Assembly (NCBI GenBank): GCA_019419645.1
Contig: DXZN01000005.1
Location: 205 to 64,204 of the forward strand
Length of the DNA stretch: 64,000 bases
Reading direction: 5' to 3'
DNA from: Collinsella sp.
GTDB taxonomy: Bacteria; Actinomycetota; Coriobacteriia; Coriobacteriales; Coriobacteriaceae
A program made the translations under genes and the position numbers. Under the pieces are notes generated by a model. It ran no database searches. It was not told where the DNA came from and worked only from the letters and a program-made list of their open reading frames with translations. Positions 9,642-18,326 of the stretch are shown here, piece after piece; position 1 is the first letter of the stretch, and the number at the start of each line of letters is the position of its first letter.

Positions 9642-10537
9642 TCGATGGAATCCTCATCAATGAGGTGGAAGCAAAGAACATCATGACCAAGTCCAGCCTG
9701 CCGGTAGGCGGCTACTCGGTCAATCCCTATGTAGGCTGCACGCATGCCTGCAAGTATTGCTATGCCTCCTTTATGAAGCGCTTTACCGGACACAAGGAGG
9801 AATGGGGCACCTTTCTTGATGTGAAGCATTGGCCGGAAATCAAGAATCCGAAGAAATACGCTGGACAGCGGGTGGTTATCGGTTCTGTGACGGATGGCTA
9901 CAATCCACAGGAGGAGCGATTCGGGAATACCAGGAAACTCCTGGAGCAGCTGATTGGCAGCGATGCAGATATTCTGATCTGCACAAAGTCCGATCTTGTG
10001 GTACGGGATATCGATCTGCTGAAGAGGCTTGGACGAGTGACCGTTTCATGGTCGATCAACACGCTGGATGAGAACTTCAAGAACGATATGGACTCCGCGT
10101 CGAGCATCGAGCGTCGTATCGCTGCTATGAAGCAGGTGTATGACGAAGGTATCCGTACGGTCTGCTTCGTGTCCCCGGTATTTCCCGGCATCACGGATTT
10201 TGAGATGATTTTTGAGCGAGTAAAAGATCGGTGCGATTTGTTTTGGCTCGAAAATCTCAATCTTCGGGGTGGTTTCAAAAAAGCGATCCTGGATTATATC
10301 GCCGAGAAACATCCCAATCTCGTACCGCTTTACGATGAGATCTATAACAAGCGCAACCGTAGCTATTTTGAAGCGCTTGAAGTAAAAGCCGAGGAAATGG
10401 CCAAGAAGTACGATTGCCCCTTTGTGGACAACGAAATGCCTTATGGCAGAGTCCCCCAGGGGCATCCGGTGATCGTGGACTACTTCTATCACGAGGAAGT
10501 CCGAGGGTCGGATAATAGCGGAAAAAGAAATCGTTAA
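9629..10537 (+). CDS. Radical SAM mobile pair protein B (SPL-like)
   Basis: NPYVGCTHACKYCYA, GSVTDGY, TKSDLV.RD; ATG at 9629 after GGAGG. Confidence 0.85.
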   Translation: MAEVIDGILINEVEAKNIMTKSSLPVGGYSVNPYVGCTHACKYCYASFMKRFTGHKEEWGTFLDVKHWPEIKNPKKYAGQRVVIGSVTDGYNPQEERFGNTRKLLEQLIGSDADILICTKSDLVVRDIDLLKRLGRVTVSWSINTLDENFKNDMDSASSIERRIAAMKQVYDEGIRTVCFVSPVFPGITDFEMIFERVKDRCDLFWLENLNLRGGFKKAILDYIAEKHPNLVPLYDEIYNKRNRSYFEALEVKAEEMAKKYDCPFVDNEMPYGRVPQGHPVIVDYFYHEEVRGSDNSGKRNR

Positions 10538-10764
10538 ACGGAAACCGACGACGATTCGCTCGAGCGATTAGCGTCCACGCGTGGCTTCTGCCGATTGGCG
10601 CAACGGGCGACGGATTAAGGGATCGCTCGGGCGGATGATCCCGCTGCAGTACAGGCGGTCGCTCAATTTAGCGGCATGAGCGTTTTCGCACGGAAAACCA
10701 GTATCCCCTGTGCCGAGTTTAATCGTAGCGAATACAATGGGCACTGAGCATCAATCGAAAGTAG

Positions 10765-11447
10765 TCAAGAGCCTTTTCGACGGCTTCTACCACCTCTACC
10801 CCAGCCTCGAGCAGCAGTGGGCATACTATGCGCGATACATCGACTTCATGCTGCGCGAGCTGGCCTCGCAGCCCTATCTCGACCTACGGTCCCTCATCGG
10901 CCATAAGGACTACTTCATCCTGAGCACCAATGTGGACACCCAGGCCGAGAAGACGTTTCCCGACGAGAGAACCTGTAACTATCAGGGAAGCTTCGCGCAC
11001 CTTCAGTGCAAGCAGCCATGCTGTGACGAGCTCTTCGACGCGAGCCCCTACGTCGAGCGCATGCTCGCGGGCATGGCGGGGTTCGAGGTCCTCAGCGAGG
11101 ATGTCCCCCGATGCCCGCACTGCGGCTGGCAGCTTGTGCCGTGGGTGCGCGACGACACGTTTCTGCAGGGTGCGGCCTGGCGCGAGAGCCTCGGACGATA
11201 CGAGCGCTTCGTGCGCGAGCGCAGCGATCGCCGCGTGCTGTTGCTGGAGCTCGGCGTGGGCGAGATGACCCCCGGCATCATCACGCTCCCGTTCTGGAGC
11301 ATGACCGCGAAGCTGCCGGATGCGCACCTGTTGAGCGTCAACATCTCGAACGGCTCGGCTCCGCTGCAGCTCGGAAGCAAGGCAGGGGCGATTCAGGCAG
11401 ATTTGGGCGCGCTGCTCTCGGCGGCGCGGACGGGCGACGGTGCTTAA
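10765..11447 (+). pseudogene. 5'-truncated second copy of sir2C
   Basis: Nearly identical to 7288-7967 (offset 3477) but missing the N-terminal GIGSGMS NAD-binding segment. Confidence 0.85.
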
Positions 11448-12208
11448 GCCTCCTTGTTGGTCGCTTTAAGGTATGCATCGTCGCCCACGGGCTCCAGCCA
11501 CTCGTTGGAGGTCTCCTCGCCCGGAACCTCCAACGCGAGATGCGAGAACCAGCTGTCGGGCGCGGCGCCGTGCCAGTGCTTCACCCCCGGGGCGATGTTG
11601 ACCACGTCGCCGGGGCGCAGCTCCTGTGCCGGCTTTCCCCACTCCTGGTAAAACCCTCGACCAGCCACGCAGACGAGGATCTGCCCACCGCCGCTTTTGG
11701 CGTGATGGACGTGCCAGTTGTTGCGGCAGCCGGGCTCGAACGTCACGTTGTGGACACCGACCTGCTCGGTGGAAAGGGGCGCGAGGTAGCTTTGCCCGAT
11801 AAAGTACTTCGCGAAGGCGTCGTTGGGGGCACCGATGGGGAAAACCATCTCGTTTTGGTGCTGAGCCCTTGCGTCGGCGGCATCGTCGGCCGCCCAGACC
11901 TCCTTCGCCATGCGGAAGGCAGCCCACGCCTTGGGCCAACCCGCATAAAACGCCGCGTGCGTAAGGATTTCCGCTATCTCCGTCCTGGTCACTCCATTGT
12001 TCTTTGCGGACATCAGGTGATATTTGAACGAAGAGTCCGTCAGCCCCTGCGACATCAGGGCAACCACCGTCACCACGCTGCGGTCGCGCAGGGAGAGCTC
12101 ACTCTCTCGGCTCCACACCTCGCCGAACAGCACGTCGTCGTTGAGCTGTGCGAATTTGGGAGCGAACTCCCCCAGGGCGTCTCTGCCTGCCGTCTGTTTA
12201 ACTGCCAT
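11444..12208 (-). CDS. Carboxymuconolactone decarboxylase (CMD) + cupin fusion protein
   Basis: NDDVLFGEVWSR, THAAFYAGWP, then VTFEPGCRNNWHVH and GVKHWHGA cupin motifs. Confidence 0.9.
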   Translation of the reverse strand: MAVKQTAGRDALGEFAPKFAQLNDDVLFGEVWSRESELSLRDRSVVTVVALMSQGLTDSSFKYHLMSAKNNGVTRTEIAEILTHAAFYAGWPKAWAAFRMAKEVWAADDAADARAQHQNEMVFPIGAPNDAFAKYFIGQSYLAPLSTEQVGVHNVTFEPGCRNNWHVHHAKSGGGQILVCVAGRGFYQEWGKPAQELRPGDVVNIAPGVKHWHGAAPDSWFSHLALEVPGEETSNEWLEPVGDDAYLKATNKEA

Positions 12209-12271
12209 GATCGATTTCCTCCTGTCGATAGTTTTGGCACAAATCTGTTTCCGCGCGGCCAAACAGCCCGG

Positions 12272-12811
12272 CTAGATTCCCATGCCCATTCGCCGCGCCT
12301 GCTCCAGAGCGGGATGCCCGGCGATTTCGCCCACGCCGTTCACGCCGCCGGCGAAAACCGTTCCAGCGAGCGTGCAGCGGGAGAAACAGTCAACCCATCC
12401 CTGCATCGCCTTTTTCGCCCCGTCGAAGGTCGAGCGCCCGTTCTCCGCCGCCGTCGCCAACAGATATGCCTCGGTGAATGCATAATCGGAACCAAAAAGC
12501 GGGTTAGCGCGGTCCAGCATGGTTTTGAGCTGGCCGCAGACGCTGTAGTAGTAGACGGGCGTTGCAAACACCAGCACATCCGCATCGTGCATTTTGGCGG
12601 CAATTTCCACGGCATCGTCTTGGATGACGCAACGCCCCAACTTTAAGCAGGCAAGGCAGCCCCTGCAGAAGCCCATTTGCTTCTCGCGCAGACGCACGGT
12701 CTCAACGCTGTGACCTGCCTCCCGCGCGCCGTTGGCGAAAGCCTCCGCCAGCGTCTCGGAATTGCCATTCTTTCGTGGACTTGAAGAAACTATCAAAACC
12801 GTTTTGCCCAT
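12272..12811 (-). CDS. Flavodoxin family protein
   Basis: SSSPRKNGNS, CRGCLAC..C, ATPVYYY motifs. Confidence 0.88.
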   Translation of the reverse strand: MGKTVLIVSSSPRKNGNSETLAEAFANGAREAGHSVETVRLREKQMGFCRGCLACLKLGRCVIQDDAVEIAAKMHDADVLVFATPVYYYSVCGQLKTMLDRANPLFGSDYAFTEAYLLATAAENGRSTFDGAKKAMQGWVDCFSRCTLAGTVFAGGVNGVGEIAGHPALEQARRMGMGI

Positions 12812-12854
12812 TACGGAATACCCCTTGCGCTCCCGATTTACATTGACGAGAATG

Positions 12855-12885
12855 AAGGTAATACCTAAACCTGACTTTAGGTCAA
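12855..12885 (-). promoter_or_regulatory. MerR-type promoter/operator for the flavodoxin-CMD operon
   Basis: Minus strand TTGACC-19 bp-TACCTT; ACCTAAA-N6-TTTAGGT dyad across the spacer; divergent merR gene. Confidence 0.8.
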
Positions 12886-12916
12886 GGAATGAATTCGACA
12901 TTGTTTCGGAGGAGCC

Positions 12917-13357
12917 ATGTACACAATCGGACAGGTGGCGGAAATGTTCGGTTTGCCCGCTTCAACGCTGCGATATTACGACAAGCAGGGATTGTTCCCG
13001 GGGCTGGAGCGGGCATCCGGCATTCGCCGATTCAGCGATACGGAACTCGAAGCGCTTCGGGTCATCGAATGCCTAAAGAAGGCTGGAATGGAGATCAAGG
13101 ACATCCGGCTGTTCATGGAATGGTGCGCAGAGGGTCCCTCAACATACCCCAAACGCAAGGCCATGTTCGAGGAGCGCAAGGCCCACATGGAGTCGGAGAT
13201 CGTGAACATGAACCGCGCGCTCGACATGCTGAAGTTCAAATGCTGGTACTACGAGCAGGCAATCCAAGATGGCAACGAGGATAGAGTGAAGGCGCTGATT
13301 CCCGATAATTTGCCAGAAGAAATCAAAGATACCTACGATAACGCCCACACTCAATAA
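12917..13357 (+). CDS. MerR family transcriptional regulator
   Basis: YTIGQVAEMFGLPASTLRYYDKQGL HTH. Confidence 0.92.
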   Translation: MYTIGQVAEMFGLPASTLRYYDKQGLFPGLERASGIRRFSDTELEALRVIECLKKAGMEIKDIRLFMEWCAEGPSTYPKRKAMFEERKAHMESEIVNMNRALDMLKFKCWYYEQAIQDGNEDRVKALIPDNLPEEIKDTYDNAHTQ

Positions 13358-13418
13358 TGCCGCCCGATGCTCAAGGGGCTTTGGCAAGGAGTCGTTTTAG
13401 GCAGATATGCAAAAAGAT

Positions 13419-13451
13419 AGCCTCCGAACCAGAGGGTCCGGAGGCTTTTAT
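13419..13451 (+). terminator. Intrinsic terminator after merR
   Basis: agcctccg...cggaggct stem followed by T-tract. Confidence 0.7.
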
Positions 13452-14103
13452 TCCCGTTATTTCGCTGGTGGCTTTACTCTATGGCGGCGCCGAAACAGCA
13501 TCAGGCGGTACTCGACGGTATCAAAACGCGAGTTCAAAAGCCAGTTCCCGCTATTCCCGCTCAGTGACTAATCCAGGCCGAGTGTTGTCGATGCGTGTCG
13601 CGTCGTACCGCCTAAGGGCCAATTCGTGCGCAATTTGGGCGAATCAGGCCCTTAATTCGCGATTTTGTGAATGACTCAATTGATTCGCAAAACCGCAGGT
13701 CGCCTTTTTAATCACTCCCTAGTTTCCGCCGGGGTTCGTAGCGGGTGGCGTGAAAAGGGGTGATTCAAAGGGTCGGAGAGATGTCTATAGCGCAATCTTC
13801 TGGTATTGGCGCAGTGAGGGACTTCTCACCTCCATCAGTCCAAATCGTCAAGCTCCGAAAGACGTCGAGCTAGAGAAAAGGACCTATTTCCCGTCATGGA
13901 TTGGGTTTACCTGCATGACTAGAGCCCTGGTGTAATTGGCTGGATCACCGTTCCGGGAACCGGTATCGACCTACCTGTCCGCCAAGCTCCTTCTTCAGCT
14001 CCAGCTTAGTATCTGACTCACACCGTTATAAGCAAAACCGAAGAGATGCGTCTTGGCCAAGAAATAAGGTTAGCCTTATCTTACTGCATGATTCGTGTGT
14101 TAT

Positions 14104-14121
14104 AGTTAGATTGCTCTAACT
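14104..14121. promoter_or_regulatory. GTTAG-N6-CTAAC palindrome upstream of the methyltransferase cluster (second degenerate copy at 14069-14084)
   Basis: AGTTAGA-ttgc-TCTAACT perfect dyad; similar boxes at 55763 and 59487. Confidence 0.6.
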
Positions 14122-14139
14122 GTTTGGGGGGCGATAGCC

Positions 14140-14769
14140 ATGCACGAACGCAAGGGCTTCTGGGACAAGAATGCCGGTCGGTACGACCGTTTCATGCGAA
14201 AGGACCGGGCGGCGTATGAGAAGATGTATGAGCTGATCAGGCCGGTGGTGAAAGCAAAAACCGTACTGGAGGTTGCCACCGGCACGGGGCTTATCGCAAA
14301 GAGCATCGTGGATGCGGCGGTGCACATCGAGGCTACGGACGCTTCTGCACAGATGATCCTTGAAGCAAAGCGGGACAATCAATCCGCAAAGCTGCACTTT
14401 TCCGTACAAGATATGTTCCGCCTGCCCTATGCACAGAAGTCCTTCGAAGTGGTGATCGCGTCCAACGCGCTTCACATAGTGCCGCATCCGGAAAAGGCAC
14501 TGCAAGAAATCAGGCGGGTACTGAAGGACGACGGCGTGCTCATCGCGCCAACCTTCACCCACGCGGGGAACTCGGTTTCCGGCAAGGCAAAAGCCTTTTT
14601 CATGAGTATGGCGGGATTCCCCCTCCACAGCAGGTGGACAAGCGAGGAATACCTGCGTTTCCTGCGTCAAAACGGCTGGGCGGTGCAGAAAAGCGCGGTG
14701 CTGAAGGCCTCGTTCCCATTGACCTATGCGGAATGCACGAAATCGGAGGGGCCAGATGTCGTTCTTTGA
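14140..14769 (+). CDS. Class I SAM-dependent methyltransferase
   Basis: VLEVATGTG motif I, LPYAQKSFEVVI, VLKDDG. Confidence 0.9.
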   Translation: MHERKGFWDKNAGRYDRFMRKDRAAYEKMYELIRPVVKAKTVLEVATGTGLIAKSIVDAAVHIEATDASAQMILEAKRDNQSAKLHFSVQDMFRLPYAQKSFEVVIASNALHIVPHPEKALQEIRRVLKDDGVLIAPTFTHAGNSVSGKAKAFFMSMAGFPLHSRWTSEEYLRFLRQNGWAVQKSAVLKASFPLTYAECTKSEGPDVVL

Positions 14770-15361
14770 AAACACCCGCAAGCCCGTGGGCCTCGGCGGA
14801 AAACTTATGGTTGCCATGATGAATCTGGGCCACAGCCCTGTGGCGCGGTGGGGACTTCGATTTCTACGACTTGCGCCAAATGCCAAGGTGCTGGATCGCG
14901 GCTGCGGCGGCGGGGCGAACATAAAACGGCTGCTGAAAAAATGCCCGCATGGCGTCGTCAAGGGCGTCGACTATTCGCCCGTCAGCGTGGAGAAGACTAG
15001 AAAGCTCAACCGAATTGCAATTCAGGAGGGGCGTTGCGCCGTTCTGCAAGGCAGTGTGGCGGATATGGTGTTTGAGGATAGCTACTTCGATGCCGCCACG
15101 GCCTTTGAGACCGTCTATTTTTGGCCTGATTTGCCCCGATGCTTCCGTGAGGTCTGGCGGACGCTGAAGCCAGGCGGGACAATTCTTATCTGCAACGAGA
15201 GCAATGGCGATACGGACAAGGACGAGAGGTGGACGCAGATCATCGGCGGCATGACCATCTACAAGGACATTGAATTAAAGGCATGTCTGGAGCAGGCGGG
15301 TTTTCACGAGGTGCAGATACACAAAAAGAAAAAGTGGCTCTGCGTCACGGCGCGGAAGTAG
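14756..15361 (+). CDS. Class I SAM-dependent methyltransferase
   Basis: VLDRGCGGG motif I, FDAATAFETVYFWP, LKPGG; ATG at 14756 after GGAGG. Confidence 0.88.
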   Translation: MSFFENTRKPVGLGGKLMVAMMNLGHSPVARWGLRFLRLAPNAKVLDRGCGGGANIKRLLKKCPHGVVKGVDYSPVSVEKTRKLNRIAIQEGRCAVLQGSVADMVFEDSYFDAATAFETVYFWPDLPRCFREVWRTLKPGGTILICNESNGDTDKDERWTQIIGGMTIYKDIELKACLEQAGFHEVQIHKKKKWLCVTARK

Positions 15362-15476
15362 GGGTATCAAGCACGGGCATTTTTGCATCCATCCTGCACA
15401 TGGCGATAGGCATGACGGTCATAGTGGCTATGCTGGCGGCAATTATGACAGTTTTTATTCACTGAGGAAGAAACCT

Positions 15477-16307
15477 ATGAAATGTATAATTGAGAAAAAC
15501 ACCGTGCAGGAGACGCTGATCCTCCCGCTGTATTCCCGGAAGCTGTGTACGGAGTTGTACCCGAACCTTTACAGGGATGAAACAGCGGTTCGTCTGCTCG
15601 ACCAGATCGACTACGACTTTTCAGAGGCAGAGAAAAACTCCCGCAGCCTGATACAGCGCTTTGGTGCGCTGGAGGTGGCCACACGGCAGAGTGATCTTGC
15701 TTTCGAGGTGCGGGATTACCTGAAAGGCCACCCCAATGCGGCGGTGGTCAATCTGGGCTGCGGGCTGGACAACACCGGCAGAACCTGCGACAACGGTAGA
15801 TGCAAGATCTACAATCTGGACTTCCCGGATGTGATTGCCTTGCGGCAGCAGCTACTGCCCGCCGGGGATCGAGAACAAAATATCCCCTGCGACCTGAAAG
15901 ACACCGCATGGTTTAGCAAAATCGATGCCTCCCGCGGGGCGGTGTTCTTTGCCTCCGGGGTGTTCTATTACTTTCTGACCCAGCAGGTCCGGGAACTGGT
16001 GCGGGGGATGGCGGACGCTTTCCCCGGCAGTGTGCTGGTCTTTGATGCTGCCAATCGGACGGCGGTAAAGATGATCGCAAAAACATGGCTTAAGACTGCA
16101 AAAATCAAGGATGTGGGGGCATATTTTGCGGTTTCGGATGCCGCCAAGGAAATCGGCACGTGGGACAGCCGTCTGCAGGTCACAAGTCGCGGCTATATGC
16201 TGGGCTACAACGATTTGAGAGACTCTTCTGTCAGCTGCTTTTTCCGGTTTCTCGCAAGGGTCGGTGACAACGGGATGAAAATGCAAATCGTGAAAATAAG
16301 ATTTTGA
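15477..16307 (+). CDS. SAM-dependent O-methyltransferase (TcmP/LCM-like)
   Basis: VQETLILPLY.R, VVNLGCGLD, NLDFPDVI, SGVFYY. Confidence 0.88.
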   Translation: MKCIIEKNTVQETLILPLYSRKLCTELYPNLYRDETAVRLLDQIDYDFSEAEKNSRSLIQRFGALEVATRQSDLAFEVRDYLKGHPNAAVVNLGCGLDNTGRTCDNGRCKIYNLDFPDVIALRQQLLPAGDREQNIPCDLKDTAWFSKIDASRGAVFFASGVFYYFLTQQVRELVRGMADAFPGSVLVFDAANRTAVKMIAKTWLKTAKIKDVGAYFAVSDAAKEIGTWDSRLQVTSRGYMLGYNDLRDSSVSCFFRFLARVGDNGMKMQIVKIRF

Positions 16308-16316
16308 GAGGCGAAA

Positions 16317-16385
16317 ACGAAGCGCATTCACTTTGACGTCGAAGAAGACGGCTTTTACGGCGCATATTGGGCGTGCAAGGACACG
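16317..16385 (+). pseudogene. Remnant N-terminus of an alpha/beta hydrolase (BAAT/acyl-CoA thioesterase-like), start codon decayed to ACG
   Basis: After a GAGAGG RBS the frame reads (T)KRIHFDVEEDGFYGAYWACKD, then runs into the guaA terminator; family call from memory only. Confidence 0.45.
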
Positions 16386-16394
16386 CATACAGCA

Positions 16395-16427
16395 GCGGGC
16401 ACGGATTCAATTGAAACCGTGCCCGCT
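16395..16427. terminator. Hairpin downstream of guaA
   Basis: agcgggcacgg...ccgtgcccgct inverted repeat. Confidence 0.7.
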
Positions 16428-16461
16428 ATCTGATACTATATTATTTTATCGAACGTATGTT

Positions 16462-18060
16462 CTATTCCCACTCAATCGTCGCGGGCGGCTTGGACGTGAT
16501 GTCGTAGCACACGCGGTTGGCGCCGGGAACCTCGGCCACGATGCGGCCGGAGATGCGGGCCAGGACGTCGTAGGGCAGCTTGGCCCAGTCGGCGGTCATG
16601 GCATCGCTGGACTCGACGGCACGCAGGATAATTGGGCGCTGGTAGGTGCGCTCGTCGCCCATAACGCCGACGGACTTAATGTCGGGCAGGACGGCGAAAT
16701 ACTGCCAGCAGCTATGCTCGGAGTTGCGCTCGCCGGTCTGCTCAAACAGACGCTGGTTATAGGCGTCGAGCTCCTCGCGCACGATGGCGTCGGCATTCTT
16801 GAGGATCTCGAGCTTCTCCTTGTCGACCGCACCGATGATGCGGATGGCCAGACCCGGGCCCGGGAAAGGCTGGCGGAACACGATATGACCCGGCAGACCG
16901 AGCGCCAGACCAAGCGCGCGGACCTCGTCCTTAAAGAAGTGGTCGAGCGGCTCAATAAGGTCGAAGTGCACGCCCTCGGGGAACGGGATCAGATTGTGAT
17001 GGCTCTTGATGGTAGCCGTCTTGCCGCCCGTCTTGCGAGCGCCGGACTCAATGATGTCGGGGTAGATGGTGCCCTGAGCCAAGTACTTGACCGGCTTGCC
17101 ATCGGTCTCGAGCTGCTGCGCCACGGCGAAGAACTCTTTCCAGAACTGCGTACCGATGATGCGGCGCTTCTCCTCGGGCTCGGTCACGCCGGCCAGAAGC
17201 TCGGCATAACGGTCCTCGGCGTGGACGTGGATAAAGTCGACGTCAAACTGCTTGGTGAAGACCTCCTCCACCTGCTCGGGCTCGCCCTTGCGCAGCAGGC
17301 CGTGGTTGATGAACACGCAGGTCATCTGCTTGCCCACGGCGCGAGCGCCCAGCGCAGCCACGACGGAGGAGTCGACGCCGCCGGACAGGGCCAGAATCAC
17401 GCGGTCGTCGCCGACCTTCTCGCGGAACTCGGCTGTCATGGTCTCGACCAGGTTATCCATGCTCCAGTTGGGCTCCAGGCCGCAGATCTCAAACAGAAAG
17501 TTGCTCAGCAGCTGCTGACCGTACTCGGAGTGCTTGACCTCGGGGTGGAACTGCGTGGTGAAGATCTTGCGCTCGACGCACTCCATGGCGGCAACCGGGC
17601 ACACGTCGGTGCTGGCGGTAACGGTAAAGCCCTCGGGCACCTCGGACACGGCGTCGCGGTGGCTCATCCACACGGTCTGCTCCATAGGCGTGGAGTTAAA
17701 GAGCTTGGCGCCGGCCGTACGCGTGATGGTGGCGCGGCCGTATTCGCCCACCTCGGAGTGACCGACCTTGCCGCCGAGCGTCACGGCCGTGATCTGATGG
17801 CCGTAGCAAAAGCCCAGAACGGGAAGGCCCAGGTCAAAGATGGCGGGATCGATGGACGGAGCGTCCTCGGCATACACAGAAGCCGGGCCGCCAGAGAGGA
17901 TGAGCGCAGAGGCGTTCATTTCGCGAATCTCATCGGCCGAGATGTCGCAGGGAACGATCTCGGAATACACGTTGAGGTCGCGGACGCGACGGGCAATGAG
18001 CTGACCGTACTGCGCACCAAAGTCGAGTACGAGGACCTTTGCGGAAGCCTTTTGATCCAT
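16462..18060 (-). CDS. guaA: GMP synthase (glutamine-hydrolyzing)
   Basis: LDFGAQY, SGGPASVY, GFCYG, QFHPEV, SGGVDS, KSHHN, ends DITSKPPATIEWE. Confidence 0.98.
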   Translation of the reverse strand: MDQKASAKVLVLDFGAQYGQLIARRVRDLNVYSEIVPCDISADEIREMNASALILSGGPASVYAEDAPSIDPAIFDLGLPVLGFCYGHQITAVTLGGKVGHSEVGEYGRATITRTAGAKLFNSTPMEQTVWMSHRDAVSEVPEGFTVTASTDVCPVAAMECVERKIFTTQFHPEVKHSEYGQQLLSNFLFEICGLEPNWSMDNLVETMTAEFREKVGDDRVILALSGGVDSSVVAALGARAVGKQMTCVFINHGLLRKGEPEQVEEVFTKQFDVDFIHVHAEDRYAELLAGVTEPEEKRRIIGTQFWKEFFAVAQQLETDGKPVKYLAQGTIYPDIIESGARKTGGKTATIKSHHNLIPFPEGVHFDLIEPLDHFFKDEVRALGLALGLPGHIVFRQPFPGPGLAIRIIGAVDKEKLEILKNADAIVREELDAYNQRLFEQTGERNSEHSCWQYFAVLPDIKSVGVMGDERTYQRPIILRAVESSDAMTADWAKLPYDVLARISGRIVAEVPGANRVCYDITSKPPATIEWE

Positions 18061-18326
18061 GGTTTCCCCCTCTTGTTGGCGGGGAGCCTGTGCCCACCCG
18101 CGCGAATAAACGAAAACAGCTTACATAGTGTACACGTTATATGGGGTTTCTCGTCCCTCGCAGCCATCAGCGCACGGCAAACGCACGACCGGGGCCTATT
18201 TGACGGCAATTGAAGTGTTACCAAACGTTACAGATGATGTAATACGTTTGAACATTGGACGCCCTGTGCCACAATACTGCCGAACGACTCCGCCTCTGCG
18301 GCGGCAAATACGATAGGAATACCAGC

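Noticed and set aside
11111..12646. 511-aa plus-strand ORF and other long antisense ORFs (e.g. 16333-18213, 32409-34433, 36476-39040, 60630-62636)
   Set aside because: Shadow frames of well-supported genes, expected in high-GC DNA; no recognisable motifs
13357..13935. Small ORFs 13357-13674 and 13750-13935
   Set aside because: They cross a terminator and palindromic DNA, with no clear RBS or family features
16462..16485. att direct repeat of the guaA 3' end at the far side of the island
   Set aside because: I could not find a second copy by eye between 2460 and 16430
18061..18326. Purine riboswitch upstream of guaA
   Set aside because: No recognisable purine aptamer core on the minus strand
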